Positions 36,487 through 46,316 of a stretch of 47,920 nt of DNA are shown piece after piece. Position 1 is the stretch's first letter, and each line of letters opens with the position of its first letter. Under the pieces are notes generated by a model. It was not told the DNA's origin, did not search any database, and was given only the letters and a program-made list of their open reading frames with translations. Both the position numbers and the translations under genes were made by a program. This DNA is from Ferruginibacter sp. (GTDB lineage Bacteria > Bacteroidota > Bacteroidia > Chitinophagales > Chitinophagaceae): the NCBI GenBank assembly GCA_039926045.1, contig JBDSXS010000087.1, positions 1 through 47,920 on the forward strand. The letters run 5' to 3'.

Positions 36487-38109
36487 TTAATTGGCATTTC
36501 TCCGTCTTCCATTATTTGAGTTTTGCCGTTGGTCATTATCATCTGGGCGCTGAACGTTGCCATTGTTATTAGCTTCGGCCCTGCGCTCCATATTTCTTTG
36601 TTGCTGAGGTGCCTGTCTTTCGTATTGTGGTTGACGCTGTTGCTGTTGTGGTTGACGCTGCTGCTCCATTTGCTGTTGGCGTTGCTGGTTTTGTTGCTGA
36701 CGTTGTTGATCCATTTGTTGTTGACGCTCCTGATTCTGCTGCTGACGCTGTTGATCCATTTGCTGTTGGCGTTGCTGATCCTGTTGTTGGCGCTTTTGTT
36801 CCTGCTGCTGCTGGCGTTGTTGATCCATTTGTTGTTGGCGTTGCTGATTCTGCTGCTGACGCTGTTGATCCATTTGCTGCTGGCGTTGCTGATCCTGTTG
36901 TTGACGCTTTTGTTCCTGCTGCTGCTGGCGCTTTTGTTCCTGTTGCTGCTGGCGTTGTTGTTCCATTTGCTGTTGGCGCTGCTGATCCTGTTGCTGACGT
37001 TGCTGTTCCATTTGCTGCTGTTGACGCTGTTGCTCCATTTGCTGCTGACGTTGTTGACGCTGCTGATCCTGCTGCGGAAAATTATTCTGCTGATCATTGT
37101 TCCTGTTTCCCCTGTTATCATTTTGCCTTCTTCCACGGTTATTGTTATCATCCGTTTGAGGGGTCCTGTTCGCATCCCTTGTTGGGTTTGCATTATTTGC
37201 ATCAGTATTAGCGCCTCTCCAGCGACGGTTATCATTTCCACCATTGTTATTATTATTTGCCTCGTCAGACCTACCGGGGCGATCTATGCTGTTCGGCCTC
37301 CTGTTTTCATTACCCCGGGTATTGTTTGAATTATTTTGACTTCCAACATCGTTATTTCTTCTACCGTTGCCCCCAGGGTTCTGTGAACGGTTATTGCCAT
37401 TTGAATTCCAGGTATTATTATTATTCCTGTTCCTGTTGCGGTAGCTGTCATTATAATCGATCCTTCTTTCCTGGATCCTGTTGCTTGTATACCGTTCAAC
37501 TTCCCTTCTTTCAGGGCCCCTGTAATACCTGCCAACCCTGCCGCTGCCATTGTAATAATTATTGATTACTACGGCATTTCTGAAATTATAATTTCTTTGT
37601 GGAGATACTGAATAGCGATAAAAGTCGCGGTCGCAAATGTTCCGGCGTGGAATGAAATTCCAGCGGTCATATGGTATAGAACCAAATGAAATATTTATGT
37701 TAAGTCCATATCCAAGCGGTGCCCATCCATAATAATCATCATAACTGCTCCAGCTAACCCAGGCAGATGCCCACTCGTAACCCGGTATCCACATCCAGCC
37801 GTAATAAGGGTCATATTCCCACCTTCCGTAATGGAAGGGAGCCCAACCCCAATCATAATCAGATTCCCATGACCAGCCATAATTGGTATATTCCCAATGG
37901 CCATCAGTGTAATAAGGTTTAAAATCGGGTTCATTATATACCCATACCTCCCCATATGTTGGGTTATCCATCCATGTACCATAAGGACTTAATTCTTCCT
38001 GAAAAGTGGAAAAGTTAACATTTACTGATACATCCTGGGCTTTTGAAGCAACCGGCGCAAAGCTGATGATCGCTAAAATCAAAATGAAAGTAAGTTTTAA
38101 ATTTTTCAT
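36487..38109 (-). CDS. DUF6600-like exported protein with N/R-rich linker and Q/R tandem repeat
   Basis: Signal peptide; LSPYG.W, WGWAPFHYGRW, W.W.PGYEW..AWVSW; low-complexity C-terminal half. Confidence 0.88.
   Translation of the reverse strand: MKNLKLTFILILAIISFAPVASKAQDVSVNVNFSTFQEELSPYGTWMDNPTYGEVWVYNEPDFKPYYTDGHWEYTNYGWSWESDYDWGWAPFHYGRWEYDPYYGWMWIPGYEWASAWVSWSSYDDYYGWAPLGYGLNINISFGSIPYDRWNFIPRRNICDRDFYRYSVSPQRNYNFRNAVVINNYYNGSGRVGRYYRGPERREVERYTSNRIQERRIDYNDSYRNRNRNNNNTWNSNGNNRSQNPGGNGRRNNDVGSQNNSNNTRGNENRRPNSIDRPGRSDEANNNNNGGNDNRRWRGANTDANNANPTRDANRTPQTDDNNNRGRRQNDNRGNRNNDQQNNFPQQDQQRQQRQQQMEQQRQQQQMEQQRQQQDQQRQQQMEQQRQQQQEQKRQQQQEQKRQQQDQQRQQQMDQQRQQQNQQRQQQMDQQRQQQQEQKRQQQDQQRQQQMDQQRQQQNQERQQQMDQQRQQQNQQRQQQMEQQRQPQQQQRQPQYERQAPQQQRNMERRAEANNNGNVQRPDDNDQRQNSNNGRRRNAN
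36630..37075 (-). repeat. Coding tandem repeat, ~24-bp unit (D/E/N-Q-Q/K-R-Q-Q-Q-M/Q)
   Basis: Roughly 18 imperfect copies visible in both DNA and protein. Confidence 0.9.
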
Positions 38110-38331
38110 GTTTTATTGTTTGTTTAATTGTTACAAATACAGTGCTATTGACTGTTAATGAATTCAAATGTTTGTTAATCGTATTGTAATAAAACCTGTT
38201 TTTATGCTGATAAGGCTACGTTTATGATATTATTAACTGTTACCAAATTAAACCTGGCCGGTAATTATATGAACGGTTGGAGATTGGCATAAACAAATTG
38301 TAGTTTAATAGTCCAAACAAAATTAATAACC

Positions 38332-38769
38332 ATGAAAAAGATCATAACTGTTTTAACATTTTGCATCATTGCGGATCTTACATATGCACAGGATAATAAG
38401 TCAATGATTGAAAGAGCTTGCTTGGATTACATTGAAGGCTTTTATGAAGGAGATACAACCAAACTGATCAGGAGCCTCAAACCCAGCTTGTACAAATTTG
38501 GTTACTGGCAGGATAAAAAAACCGGCAAATATGGCCCGGACGGGAATATGACCTGGAGAGAGGCAGTTGACTATGCTAAAAGAGTTTTTGAAAAAAAGAA
38601 ATTTGCCAAAGCAGGGTCACCCAAAAAAGTGGAAGTGCTGGATATTATGAATACCATAGCAGCAGCCAAAGTAACAGCCTGGTGGGGTGTAGATTATCTA
38701 CTGCTGGCTAAACAGAACGATGTGTGGATGATCGAGCAGGTGCTTTGGGAAGGGCCCCTTAAGAATTAA
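38332..38769 (+). CDS. Exported NTF2-like (lumazine-binding type) protein
   Basis: Signal peptide; DYIEGFYEGD, AAAKVTAWWGVDY.LL.K....W.I..VLW. Confidence 0.85.
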   Translation: MKKIITVLTFCIIADLTYAQDNKSMIERACLDYIEGFYEGDTTKLIRSLKPSLYKFGYWQDKKTGKYGPDGNMTWREAVDYAKRVFEKKKFAKAGSPKKVEVLDIMNTIAAAKVTAWWGVDYLLLAKQNDVWMIEQVLWEGPLKN

Positions 38770-38866
38770 TTACCCCATCGAAAATTTACACCTTGCCTAT
38801 GTAAAAAAATAAGCTTTTGCAAACTGTAAATACAATTAACTTTCACTTTGCAAAGAAGCTTACAAG

Positions 38867-39409
38867 ATGGTTACAGCCCCACAAATAATTGAACAAACAA
38901 AAAAATGGATCACTGATGTGGTCATAGGTTGTAATTTTTGCCCTTTTGCCGCACAGGTTATAAAACAAAAAACCGTATTCTATAAGGTCGAGATCGCCAC
39001 TGCACTTGAGATTTGTCTTGAATCATTTTTAGAAGAAGTAGCCCGCCTGGATAACGATATCAGCATTGAAACTTCTTTCCTCATTTTTCCAAATACTTTC
39101 AAAAGTTTTGATGATTACCTGGACCTTGTCTCGGTGGCTGAAAAACTGCTGAAGCAAAAAGGTTATAACGGGATCTATCAACTGGCCAGTTTTCATCCGC
39201 AATACAGGTTTGCCAACTCACCTTTGTCTGATGCGGCCAATTATACCAACCGTTCGGTTTATCCCATGCTGCACCTGCTGCGTGAATCAAGTATTGATAA
39301 AGCATTGGAACATTATAATGATCCGGAAGCCATTCCTGACCGGAACATTAACTTTGCGAGGGAGAAGGGGAGTGCCTATATGAAGCTGTTGAGGGATTCA
39401 TGTTTTTAA
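38867..39409 (+). CDS. DUF1415 family protein
   Basis: VIGCNFCPFA, YQLASFHP.Y.F, NYTNRS.YPMLHLLRE, IPDRNI. Confidence 0.93.
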   Translation: MVTAPQIIEQTKKWITDVVIGCNFCPFAAQVIKQKTVFYKVEIATALEICLESFLEEVARLDNDISIETSFLIFPNTFKSFDDYLDLVSVAEKLLKQKGYNGIYQLASFHPQYRFANSPLSDAANYTNRSVYPMLHLLRESSIDKALEHYNDPEAIPDRNINFAREKGSAYMKLLRDSCF

Positions 39410-39473
39410 TTTCCGCGTTAAATTTTCACATCCATATTTATAAGTAGATTTGTGTACAATTCAAAAGCATTTT

Positions 39474-39830
39474 ATGAGATCATTAATCACGCTCTTAATT
39501 ATCAATTTTTTTGGTTTTGCTGCGGCGGCCCAAACAACCGTTTCAAAAACAACTACGCCCGATCCATCACTGCCAATACAAACCGCAGAAGTATCCTGTG
39601 GTAAATGTAAACTTGGCCTGCCGGGTAAAACCTGCGAAATGGCCATACGATTTGATGGCAAAGCTTATTATGTTGACGGTGCCGGTATTGACAATTTTGG
39701 AGACGCACATGCACACGATGGTATGTGCAATGCTATACGTAAGGCAGATGTGCAGGGACAACTGGTTAATAACCGGTTTAAAGTTTCCTACATCAATGTA
39801 TTACCTGAAATAAAAAAGGAAGGAAACTAA
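39474..39830 (+). CDS. DUF6370-like exported Cys/His protein
   Basis: Signal peptide; SCGKC, C.MAIR.DGK.Y.VDG, GDAHAHDGMCN. Confidence 0.8.
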   Translation: MRSLITLLIINFFGFAAAAQTTVSKTTTPDPSLPIQTAEVSCGKCKLGLPGKTCEMAIRFDGKAYYVDGAGIDNFGDAHAHDGMCNAIRKADVQGQLVNNRFKVSYINVLPEIKKEGN

Positions 39831-39853
39831 TTGAAGTTAAATCGATCCTGCCC

Positions 39854-40876
39854 TTAATCATCTGCTTTTTTTAAAACCGTACGGGTTGGGAATGGAATGT
39901 TTATTCCTTCCCGGTTATATCTTGCCAGCAGCTTTTTAATGAAATCGCTTTTTACCGCAAACTGGGCATCATAATTAGTTACTCTTAATATTGCTTTTAT
40001 TCTTAAGCTGCTTTCGCCGAAAGCAAAAAAACGGATAACCGGTTCAAAATCTTTTACACCGGTTTCTGCTTCCATCAGGGTTTCTTTGATCACTTCTTTG
40101 GTAACACGTTCAACATGGTCAATGTTACTGTCATAACCCACACCCACTTCAACAATGAAAGATATTTCTTCTACCGGTAAATTATAATTGGTAACGATCA
40201 TGTCGGCCAGTTTGGAGTTTGGCACAATGATCAAATGATCGCTCATGGCCCTGATGGTAGTACTTCGCCAGGTGATGTCTTCAATATAACCATCTTCACC
40301 TGAAGCCAGTTTTATAAAATTACCCCGGTTAAAATTACCCGAAGAAATGATCTGCAGGCCTGCAAACAAATTTGAAAGCGTAGGTTGTAAAGCCAGTGCC
40401 ACAGCCAATCCCCCAACTCCCAAGGCAGTGAGTGCCGGCGTTATGGAAATACCCTGCGATTGGAGAATGATCAACAGGCCTATGCAATAAATAATGATGA
40501 TGACAATATTGCTGATGATGGAGGATGACGGAATAATAGCATCTGAACCGGCGGCTTTAATTTTTATCATGCCGGATACAACCCTGGCAATGATCAAAGT
40601 TGCTGACAACATATAAAATATCATCAGGCCATTTTCTATCCAGTAATAGACCCGGTTTTCCAGTTCCAGTTGTTTTAATCCTAAAAACAATCCCAACGCC
40701 AGGAACCAGGGTATTACCCATTTGCGTATGGTTGCAACAATAAGATCGTCGGACCTGATTGCGGTTTTAGATGCCAGCCTCGCGATCAGGGGCATTACTA
40801 TTTTGTGTAGGAAAAGCCCTATCAAAAAGCCGGAAACTATATAAATTGCTAATTGCAGAATATCATGTTCACTCAT
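39854..40876 (-). CDS. mscS: Small-conductance mechanosensitive channel
   Basis: LGVGGLAVALALQ.TLSN.FAG, G.IEDITWRST, VPNSKL, VGVGYDS, GINIPFP. Confidence 0.92.
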   Translation of the reverse strand: MSEHDILQLAIYIVSGFLIGLFLHKIVMPLIARLASKTAIRSDDLIVATIRKWVIPWFLALGLFLGLKQLELENRVYYWIENGLMIFYMLSATLIIARVVSGMIKIKAAGSDAIIPSSSIISNIVIIIIYCIGLLIILQSQGISITPALTALGVGGLAVALALQPTLSNLFAGLQIISSGNFNRGNFIKLASGEDGYIEDITWRSTTIRAMSDHLIIVPNSKLADMIVTNYNLPVEEISFIVEVGVGYDSNIDHVERVTKEVIKETLMEAETGVKDFEPVIRFFAFGESSLRIKAILRVTNYDAQFAVKSDFIKKLLARYNREGINIPFPTRTVLKKADD

Positions 40877-40949
40877 TGCAGCTAAATTTTTAAAATTATA
40901 ACTGCAAATTTACTTTATATGAGATTGATATCATAGTTAAAAATGCTTG

Positions 40950-43088
40950 CTATGATAAAACAGCTACCGGGATCTTTACTGTAATTTTTTCCGGGTTGAT
41001 TTTGAGGGGTATTTCCACCATTAGTTCGCAACCATTGCCCGGTGTTGATCTGAGTTTACATTTACCGGAGAACATTTCTGCACGCCTTTTCATATTTTCC
41101 AAGCCTATACCATGTTTTAAGCAACCGGTATCAAATCCTTTTCCATTATCAGTGATATTTAATTTTATTAATTTTTTGGTAAGCCGCACATTGATCTTGA
41201 TCTTACTGGCTTCAGCATGCTTTAAAATATTTGTCAGTTGTTCCTGTACGATCCTGTACAAATTGGTCTGTATCTCGCTGTTTACGATATTATTCTCAAA
41301 TGTATCAACATGCAGGCTGATCTCGAACTGGTTTGTTTTTCGCATGGGTTCAATTAAAAGCTCAATGATTTCTTTTAGTGAAGCTTCTTCTTTTGTATAA
41401 GGGGTTAACCGGTGCGAAAGATTCCGGAGATCATTAATGGCTGTATTGATATACGCAACGCAGCTCTTCAGCACATCTACTTCTTCCTTGCCAATATTAC
41501 CCGATTTTATTGCTACTCCAATGTAAAGCAGGGTAGCGCCAAGCAGCTGATTTACATTATCGTGTAATTCCATTCCCAATTCCCTTCTCTCTTTTTCCTG
41601 GGCATCTGTTATGGCTATGGCTATATGCCGCTCATGTTCCTTTTCTTTTGTAATGTCTTGCATAGCACCTATCATACGTACAGGAAAGCCGTTGGTATTA
41701 TAAACTATAAAAGCCCTGTCTAAAATATTTTTATAGGATTGATCAGCACATCTGTACCGATATTCAAATTGAATTGTTGCTGACCCTTTCTTAAATTCCT
41801 GGTCTAAAACCAAATTAATATTTTCATAATCATCCGGGTGAAGATTGCTTCGCCACCAGTTTGCTCCATTTTCTATTTCTGCTTTTGTATATCCGAACAT
41901 TTGAGTAATACTTTCATTGTAAAGTATCGAATCATGTATGATATCCCAATCCCAGATGGTATCACTTGTAGCCTTTGAAAGTATCTCATAGCGTTCAATG
42001 GCTTTTTTTATTTTTTCTTCATTTCTTTTTCGCTCAGTAATATCGTTAAATACCAATACGGCACCCAATACATTCCCATCCAGGTCCATCAACGGCGATC
42101 CATTATTGCTGATCACCCTGTTCTCATCATTTTTAGATCGCAGTATGGTATTATTTTCCAATTCAACAGTTTTACCTTTCTGCAGTATCTGGTTTACAAT
42201 ATTCTCAAATGGCACACCGGTTTCTTCATTATTTACATTATATACTGATTGTAAAGGTTTGCCTTTTGCTTCGATGTTATTCCAGCCGGTTAAATTTTCG
42301 GCGGCAGGATTCATGTAGATGACCTTTCCGTCTTTGCCCGTGGTGATCAGTCCTTCACCAATACTTTTAAGTGTTATGCCAAGATGTTCTTTCTGCAACG
42401 TCAATTCATTGGTTATTCTTTCTATTTTTTTGATCCCTTTTAATAATAAATAGACTACGAAACCTGTAAACAATATGGAAGCGATAATTCCCCAATAGGC
42501 GATCTTATAATATTTGTTGTTTTCCAGGTTAAATGTTTTTTTTGATTGCCCCAATGAAAGAAGCATAGAAGCATTTGCAGCATGATGAATTGCCAAAATG
42601 GAATCTGTAAGCAGAATCCCTTTTTCCGTTGCGATCAATGACCGGGCTGAATCAAAGTATTTCTTTTCGCAAAGCTTTTTTAGCATTTGCGTGAATTCGA
42701 TCTTATCTTTTACCAACCTCTTAAGATCTGAAAAAAGTACCGCATCAATTGAAGAACTTCTGAGATCCTGGAATTTTGTAAGTTGCCTGATATGTGCACG
42801 TATGGAATCTATCTGCGCTTGAAAGTTGATTATGAAACTCGGATTTCGGGAACCGGCAAATCCTCTCATGCCCGATTCCGCAGTTTGAATATTCAGGATC
42901 AGGTCTTCAAATTTATCCTGCTCGGCCGACATTTCATTTTGTTTATGATAGTCAGCCATAAGCCATTTGTTCTGCATGGCAAACCAGTACACAACAGAGC
43001 TCAGTATGATCAATGAAAAGAAAAGTGCGAATAGAAGAATTCTTTTTCTATTAAACCAGGCAGGGTTAATTTTTAAGGAATTAGGCAT
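40950..43088 (-). CDS. Membrane CHASE3-PAS-PAS histidine kinase (HisKA_3/NarX type)
   Basis: Two TMs around a CHASE3-like region (AESGMRGF); two PAS domains; ELHDNVNQ; QEQLTNILKHA; DNGKGF; GIGL.NM. Confidence 0.9.
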   Translation of the reverse strand: MPNSLKINPAWFNRKRILLFALFFSLIILSSVVYWFAMQNKWLMADYHKQNEMSAEQDKFEDLILNIQTAESGMRGFAGSRNPSFIINFQAQIDSIRAHIRQLTKFQDLRSSSIDAVLFSDLKRLVKDKIEFTQMLKKLCEKKYFDSARSLIATEKGILLTDSILAIHHAANASMLLSLGQSKKTFNLENNKYYKIAYWGIIASILFTGFVVYLLLKGIKKIERITNELTLQKEHLGITLKSIGEGLITTGKDGKVIYMNPAAENLTGWNNIEAKGKPLQSVYNVNNEETGVPFENIVNQILQKGKTVELENNTILRSKNDENRVISNNGSPLMDLDGNVLGAVLVFNDITERKRNEEKIKKAIERYEILSKATSDTIWDWDIIHDSILYNESITQMFGYTKAEIENGANWWRSNLHPDDYENINLVLDQEFKKGSATIQFEYRYRCADQSYKNILDRAFIVYNTNGFPVRMIGAMQDITKEKEHERHIAIAITDAQEKERRELGMELHDNVNQLLGATLLYIGVAIKSGNIGKEEVDVLKSCVAYINTAINDLRNLSHRLTPYTKEEASLKEIIELLIEPMRKTNQFEISLHVDTFENNIVNSEIQTNLYRIVQEQLTNILKHAEASKIKINVRLTKKLIKLNITDNGKGFDTGCLKHGIGLENMKRRAEMFSGKCKLRSTPGNGCELMVEIPLKINPEKITVKIPVAVLS

Positions 43089-43298
43089 TTTTCAAAAAGG
43101 ATATTTAAATATAACGTAGTAATAATACCAATATTTTTTAAAAATCAAAGATTTTTATATTCAAATATGATAATTATGTAAACTTTAGGTAGTTTACCGA
43201 TGATTATCAGTAGAAATAATAAATTATTTTTCATTGTAATAATTAAAACCTCAGTTGCGATAAAAGATTATTTTAGATCCTTAAAAAAATCAAAAACT

Positions 43299-46043
43299 AT
43301 GTTTTACCGAAAACTGTCTTCCCTATTGCTCTTTTTTTGTTTTGTTATAAGTACTGCGTTCAGCCAAAAAATTCCAACACCCAAAGAACATTTTGGTTTT
43401 AATATTGGCGATAACTACCAGTTAGCGAATTTTACACAAACAGAAGCTTATTTCAAAAAATTAGGTGAGAGTTCTGACCGGGCAAAATATACAGTTATCG
43501 GGAAAACCGAAGAAGGTAGAGACCAGTTCATGTTGATCGTAACTTCTGCAGAGAATCAAAAAAAACTGGCGCAGTACAAAAAGATCTCACAAAAAATGGG
43601 CAATGCAGAAATCAATTTGGAAGAAGCCAAACAGCTGTCCAAAGAAGGAAAAGTGGTTGTATGGATCGATGGCGGATTGCATGCAACCGAAACTGTAGGC
43701 ATTCACCAGCTTATAGAAACGGCTTATCAATTACTCAGCCGCACTGATGATGAAACTTTACGCATCCTGGATGATGTGATCATCTTAATGACACACGCAA
43801 ACCCCGATGGGCAGGAACTGGTGAGTAACTGGTACATGAAAGAAACAAAACCTGAAAAAAGAAGCACATCCAATTTACCCAGGTTGTATGAAAAATATGC
43901 CGGGCATGATAATAACAGGGACTTTTATATGCTCAATCTCAAAGAATCACAGAATATAGCACGCCAGTTATTTGTTGAATGGCTCCCACAGATCATGTAC
44001 AACCATCACCAGGCGGGCCCTGCAGGTTCCATTGTTGCAGGCGCACCGTACCGGGATCCCTTTAATTATGTTTTCGATCCCTTAATTGTTACCAGTCTTG
44101 ATGCGGTTGGAGCGGCCATGCAAAACCGTTTAAATGCAGAAGGAAAACCGGGTTATACCAGTAAGGCTGGTTCCGAATTTTCTACCTGGTATAACGGTGG
44201 GCTACGTACCACAACCTATTTTCATAACATGATCGGTTTGTTGACTGAGATCGTTGGCAATCCAACTCCATCAACGATACCGTTGGTTCCATCACGATTA
44301 ATACCTAATGCGGCTACGCCAAACCCGATAGTGCCGCAGAAATGGCTTTTCCGCCAGTCCATTGATTATTCTGTTTCGTTAAACTATGCGGTATTAAATT
44401 ACGCATCCAGGTACCGGGATGAGTTGTTAATGAATATTTACCAAATGGGAAGAAATTCAATTGATAAAGGCAATAAAGATACCTGGACACTTTCTCCATC
44501 CAGGATTGAAGCCATCAATAAACTTTACCAGGATTCTTTAAAAAGAAGGCCTGCTGCTGAAGCCAACAGGAGCGGAGCAGGCAATATCCCTGTCAAGTTC
44601 TACGACAGTGTGATGAAAAATATTGCATTTAAAGATCCACGTGCTTATATCATTCCTGCCGATCAACCAGACTTTGAAACTGCTGTTGAATTTTTGAATG
44701 CATTGATAAGAACCGGGATAGTTGTACATAAAGCCACCAAAGATTTTACTGTTGGCGGAAAAAAATATCCTGCCAATTCATACATTGTAAAAACCAACCA
44801 GGCTTTCAGACCGCATGTGCTGGATATGTTTGAACCCCAGGATCATCCCAATGATTTTTTATACCCCGGCGGGCCACCCGTGGCCCCGTATGATGCTGCA
44901 GGCTGGACCTTGGCTTACCAGGCTGGTGTTCAGTTCGACCGCATCATGGAAGGCTTTGACGGGCCGTTTGAAAAAAGACCGCTTGGGCAGTTAATAAAAC
45001 TTCCCTGGATACCTGCTGTGAAAAATTCATCGACTGGTTATGTTTTAGATGCAAGAGTCAATCAATCTTACAAAGCTGTAAACAATTTATTGAATGGCGG
45101 GGCTGAAGTGTACAGAATAAATAATGTTCCTGCCGGGTCGACTTACAGTAATGGGTCATTCTATATTCCATCCAACTCAAAAGCAAGATCGGTCATTGAT
45201 AAAACTGTGGCTGAAAATAATGTTCAATATATATCGGTTGATCAAAAACCAGCCTCCATATCTATAATAAAAAAAGCAAGGATTGCATTGTGGGATACTT
45301 ATGGTGGATCCATAGCTTCGGGCTGGGTACGTTTTATACTGGAACAGTATAATTATACTTTTGATGTCATTTATCCAAAGGATATTGATACCGGGAACCT
45401 GAGATCAAAATACGATGTAATTGTGTTTGTGGGTGGTGCCATTCCGGCCGTAAACACCAATAATCAAAATACGGGCAGGGCAGGTAATACCGACAGCATA
45501 CCGGATGAGTTTAAAAAAATGACCGGCAGAATTACTGCTGAAAGATCTATTCCGCAACTCAGGATATTTTTAGAGCAGGGAGGAAATATAGTAACGATCG
45601 GCAGCAGCACACAACTGGCATATCATTTAAAGTTGCCGGTTTCAAGTGCCATGGTTGAAATTGTGAATGGTGAAGAGAAAACTTTAAACCGTGATAAATA
45701 CTACACCCCCGGAAGTATTTTACAGATGAATGTTGATAATGATCAGATCGCAACTGCCGGCTTAAACAAACAAATAGATGTTTATTTTGATAACAGCCCG
45801 GTCTTTAAAATGAACCCGGATGCTGTTTCAAAAGGTATAATAAAACCATTGGCCTGGTTTGGCAATGATAAGATCTTACGCAGCGGCTGGAGCTGGGGCG
45901 AAACCTATTTGAAAAATGGAGTTACAGCATTTGAAGCAAGTATTGGTAAAGGAAAGTTGTATGCATTTGGCCCGGAGATCACATTCAGAGCACAGTCATT
46001 GGGTACCTTTAAACTTTTGTTCAACCAGTTATACAATAACTAA
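43299..46043 (+). CDS. Exported M14 family zinc carboxypeptidase
   Basis: Signal peptide from ATG 43299; GLHATE, NPDG, DNNRD, NHHQ; C-terminal GATase-like domain. Confidence 0.9.
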   Translation: MFYRKLSSLLLFFCFVISTAFSQKIPTPKEHFGFNIGDNYQLANFTQTEAYFKKLGESSDRAKYTVIGKTEEGRDQFMLIVTSAENQKKLAQYKKISQKMGNAEINLEEAKQLSKEGKVVVWIDGGLHATETVGIHQLIETAYQLLSRTDDETLRILDDVIILMTHANPDGQELVSNWYMKETKPEKRSTSNLPRLYEKYAGHDNNRDFYMLNLKESQNIARQLFVEWLPQIMYNHHQAGPAGSIVAGAPYRDPFNYVFDPLIVTSLDAVGAAMQNRLNAEGKPGYTSKAGSEFSTWYNGGLRTTTYFHNMIGLLTEIVGNPTPSTIPLVPSRLIPNAATPNPIVPQKWLFRQSIDYSVSLNYAVLNYASRYRDELLMNIYQMGRNSIDKGNKDTWTLSPSRIEAINKLYQDSLKRRPAAEANRSGAGNIPVKFYDSVMKNIAFKDPRAYIIPADQPDFETAVEFLNALIRTGIVVHKATKDFTVGGKKYPANSYIVKTNQAFRPHVLDMFEPQDHPNDFLYPGGPPVAPYDAAGWTLAYQAGVQFDRIMEGFDGPFEKRPLGQLIKLPWIPAVKNSSTGYVLDARVNQSYKAVNNLLNGGAEVYRINNVPAGSTYSNGSFYIPSNSKARSVIDKTVAENNVQYISVDQKPASISIIKKARIALWDTYGGSIASGWVRFILEQYNYTFDVIYPKDIDTGNLRSKYDVIVFVGGAIPAVNTNNQNTGRAGNTDSIPDEFKKMTGRITAERSIPQLRIFLEQGGNIVTIGSSTQLAYHLKLPVSSAMVEIVNGEEKTLNRDKYYTPGSILQMNVDNDQIATAGLNKQIDVYFDNSPVFKMNPDAVSKGIIKPLAWFGNDKILRSGWSWGETYLKNGVTAFEASIGKGKLYAFGPEITFRAQSLGTFKLLFNQLYNN

Positions 46044-46095
46044 ATTTGAAATTTTAAAATATAAATTGTAGCATTATGCTCTAAAACCTAATAAA

Positions 46096-46314
46096 ATGAA
46101 CAAAACAACCAAAACTACTCTCCAGTTTATGATCGCAGGTATTTTATTTGCATCATTCGCCTTTAGCGGCTGTAACAGCACTGAAGTAAAAAAAACAGGC
46201 ACAAATGATACTATTATTGTAAGCCCAAGTTCGATGGAAGTCACAAAACCTAAAGTTATTGACACCACTAAAAAGGATACAGCCCGTACAAGGCCAACAC
46301 CAGATGGTAATTGA
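46096..46314 (+). CDS. Small lipoprotein (72 aa) with disordered tether
   Basis: Lipobox FSGC; Thr/Lys-rich linker with DTI/DTT/DTA motifs; ends TRPTPDGN. Confidence 0.8.
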   Translation: MNKTTKTTLQFMIAGILFASFAFSGCNSTEVKKTGTNDTIIVSPSSMEVTKPKVIDTTKKDTARTRPTPDGN

Positions 46315-46316
46315 TC

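Noticed and set aside
36480-37329. Long alternative-frame ORFs (Leu-rich 268 aa, Ala/Val-rich 200 aa, Ser/Asn-rich 254 aa)
   Set aside because: They are shadows of the CAG/CAA tandem repeat in the DUF6600-like gene, which lacks stop codons in those frames.
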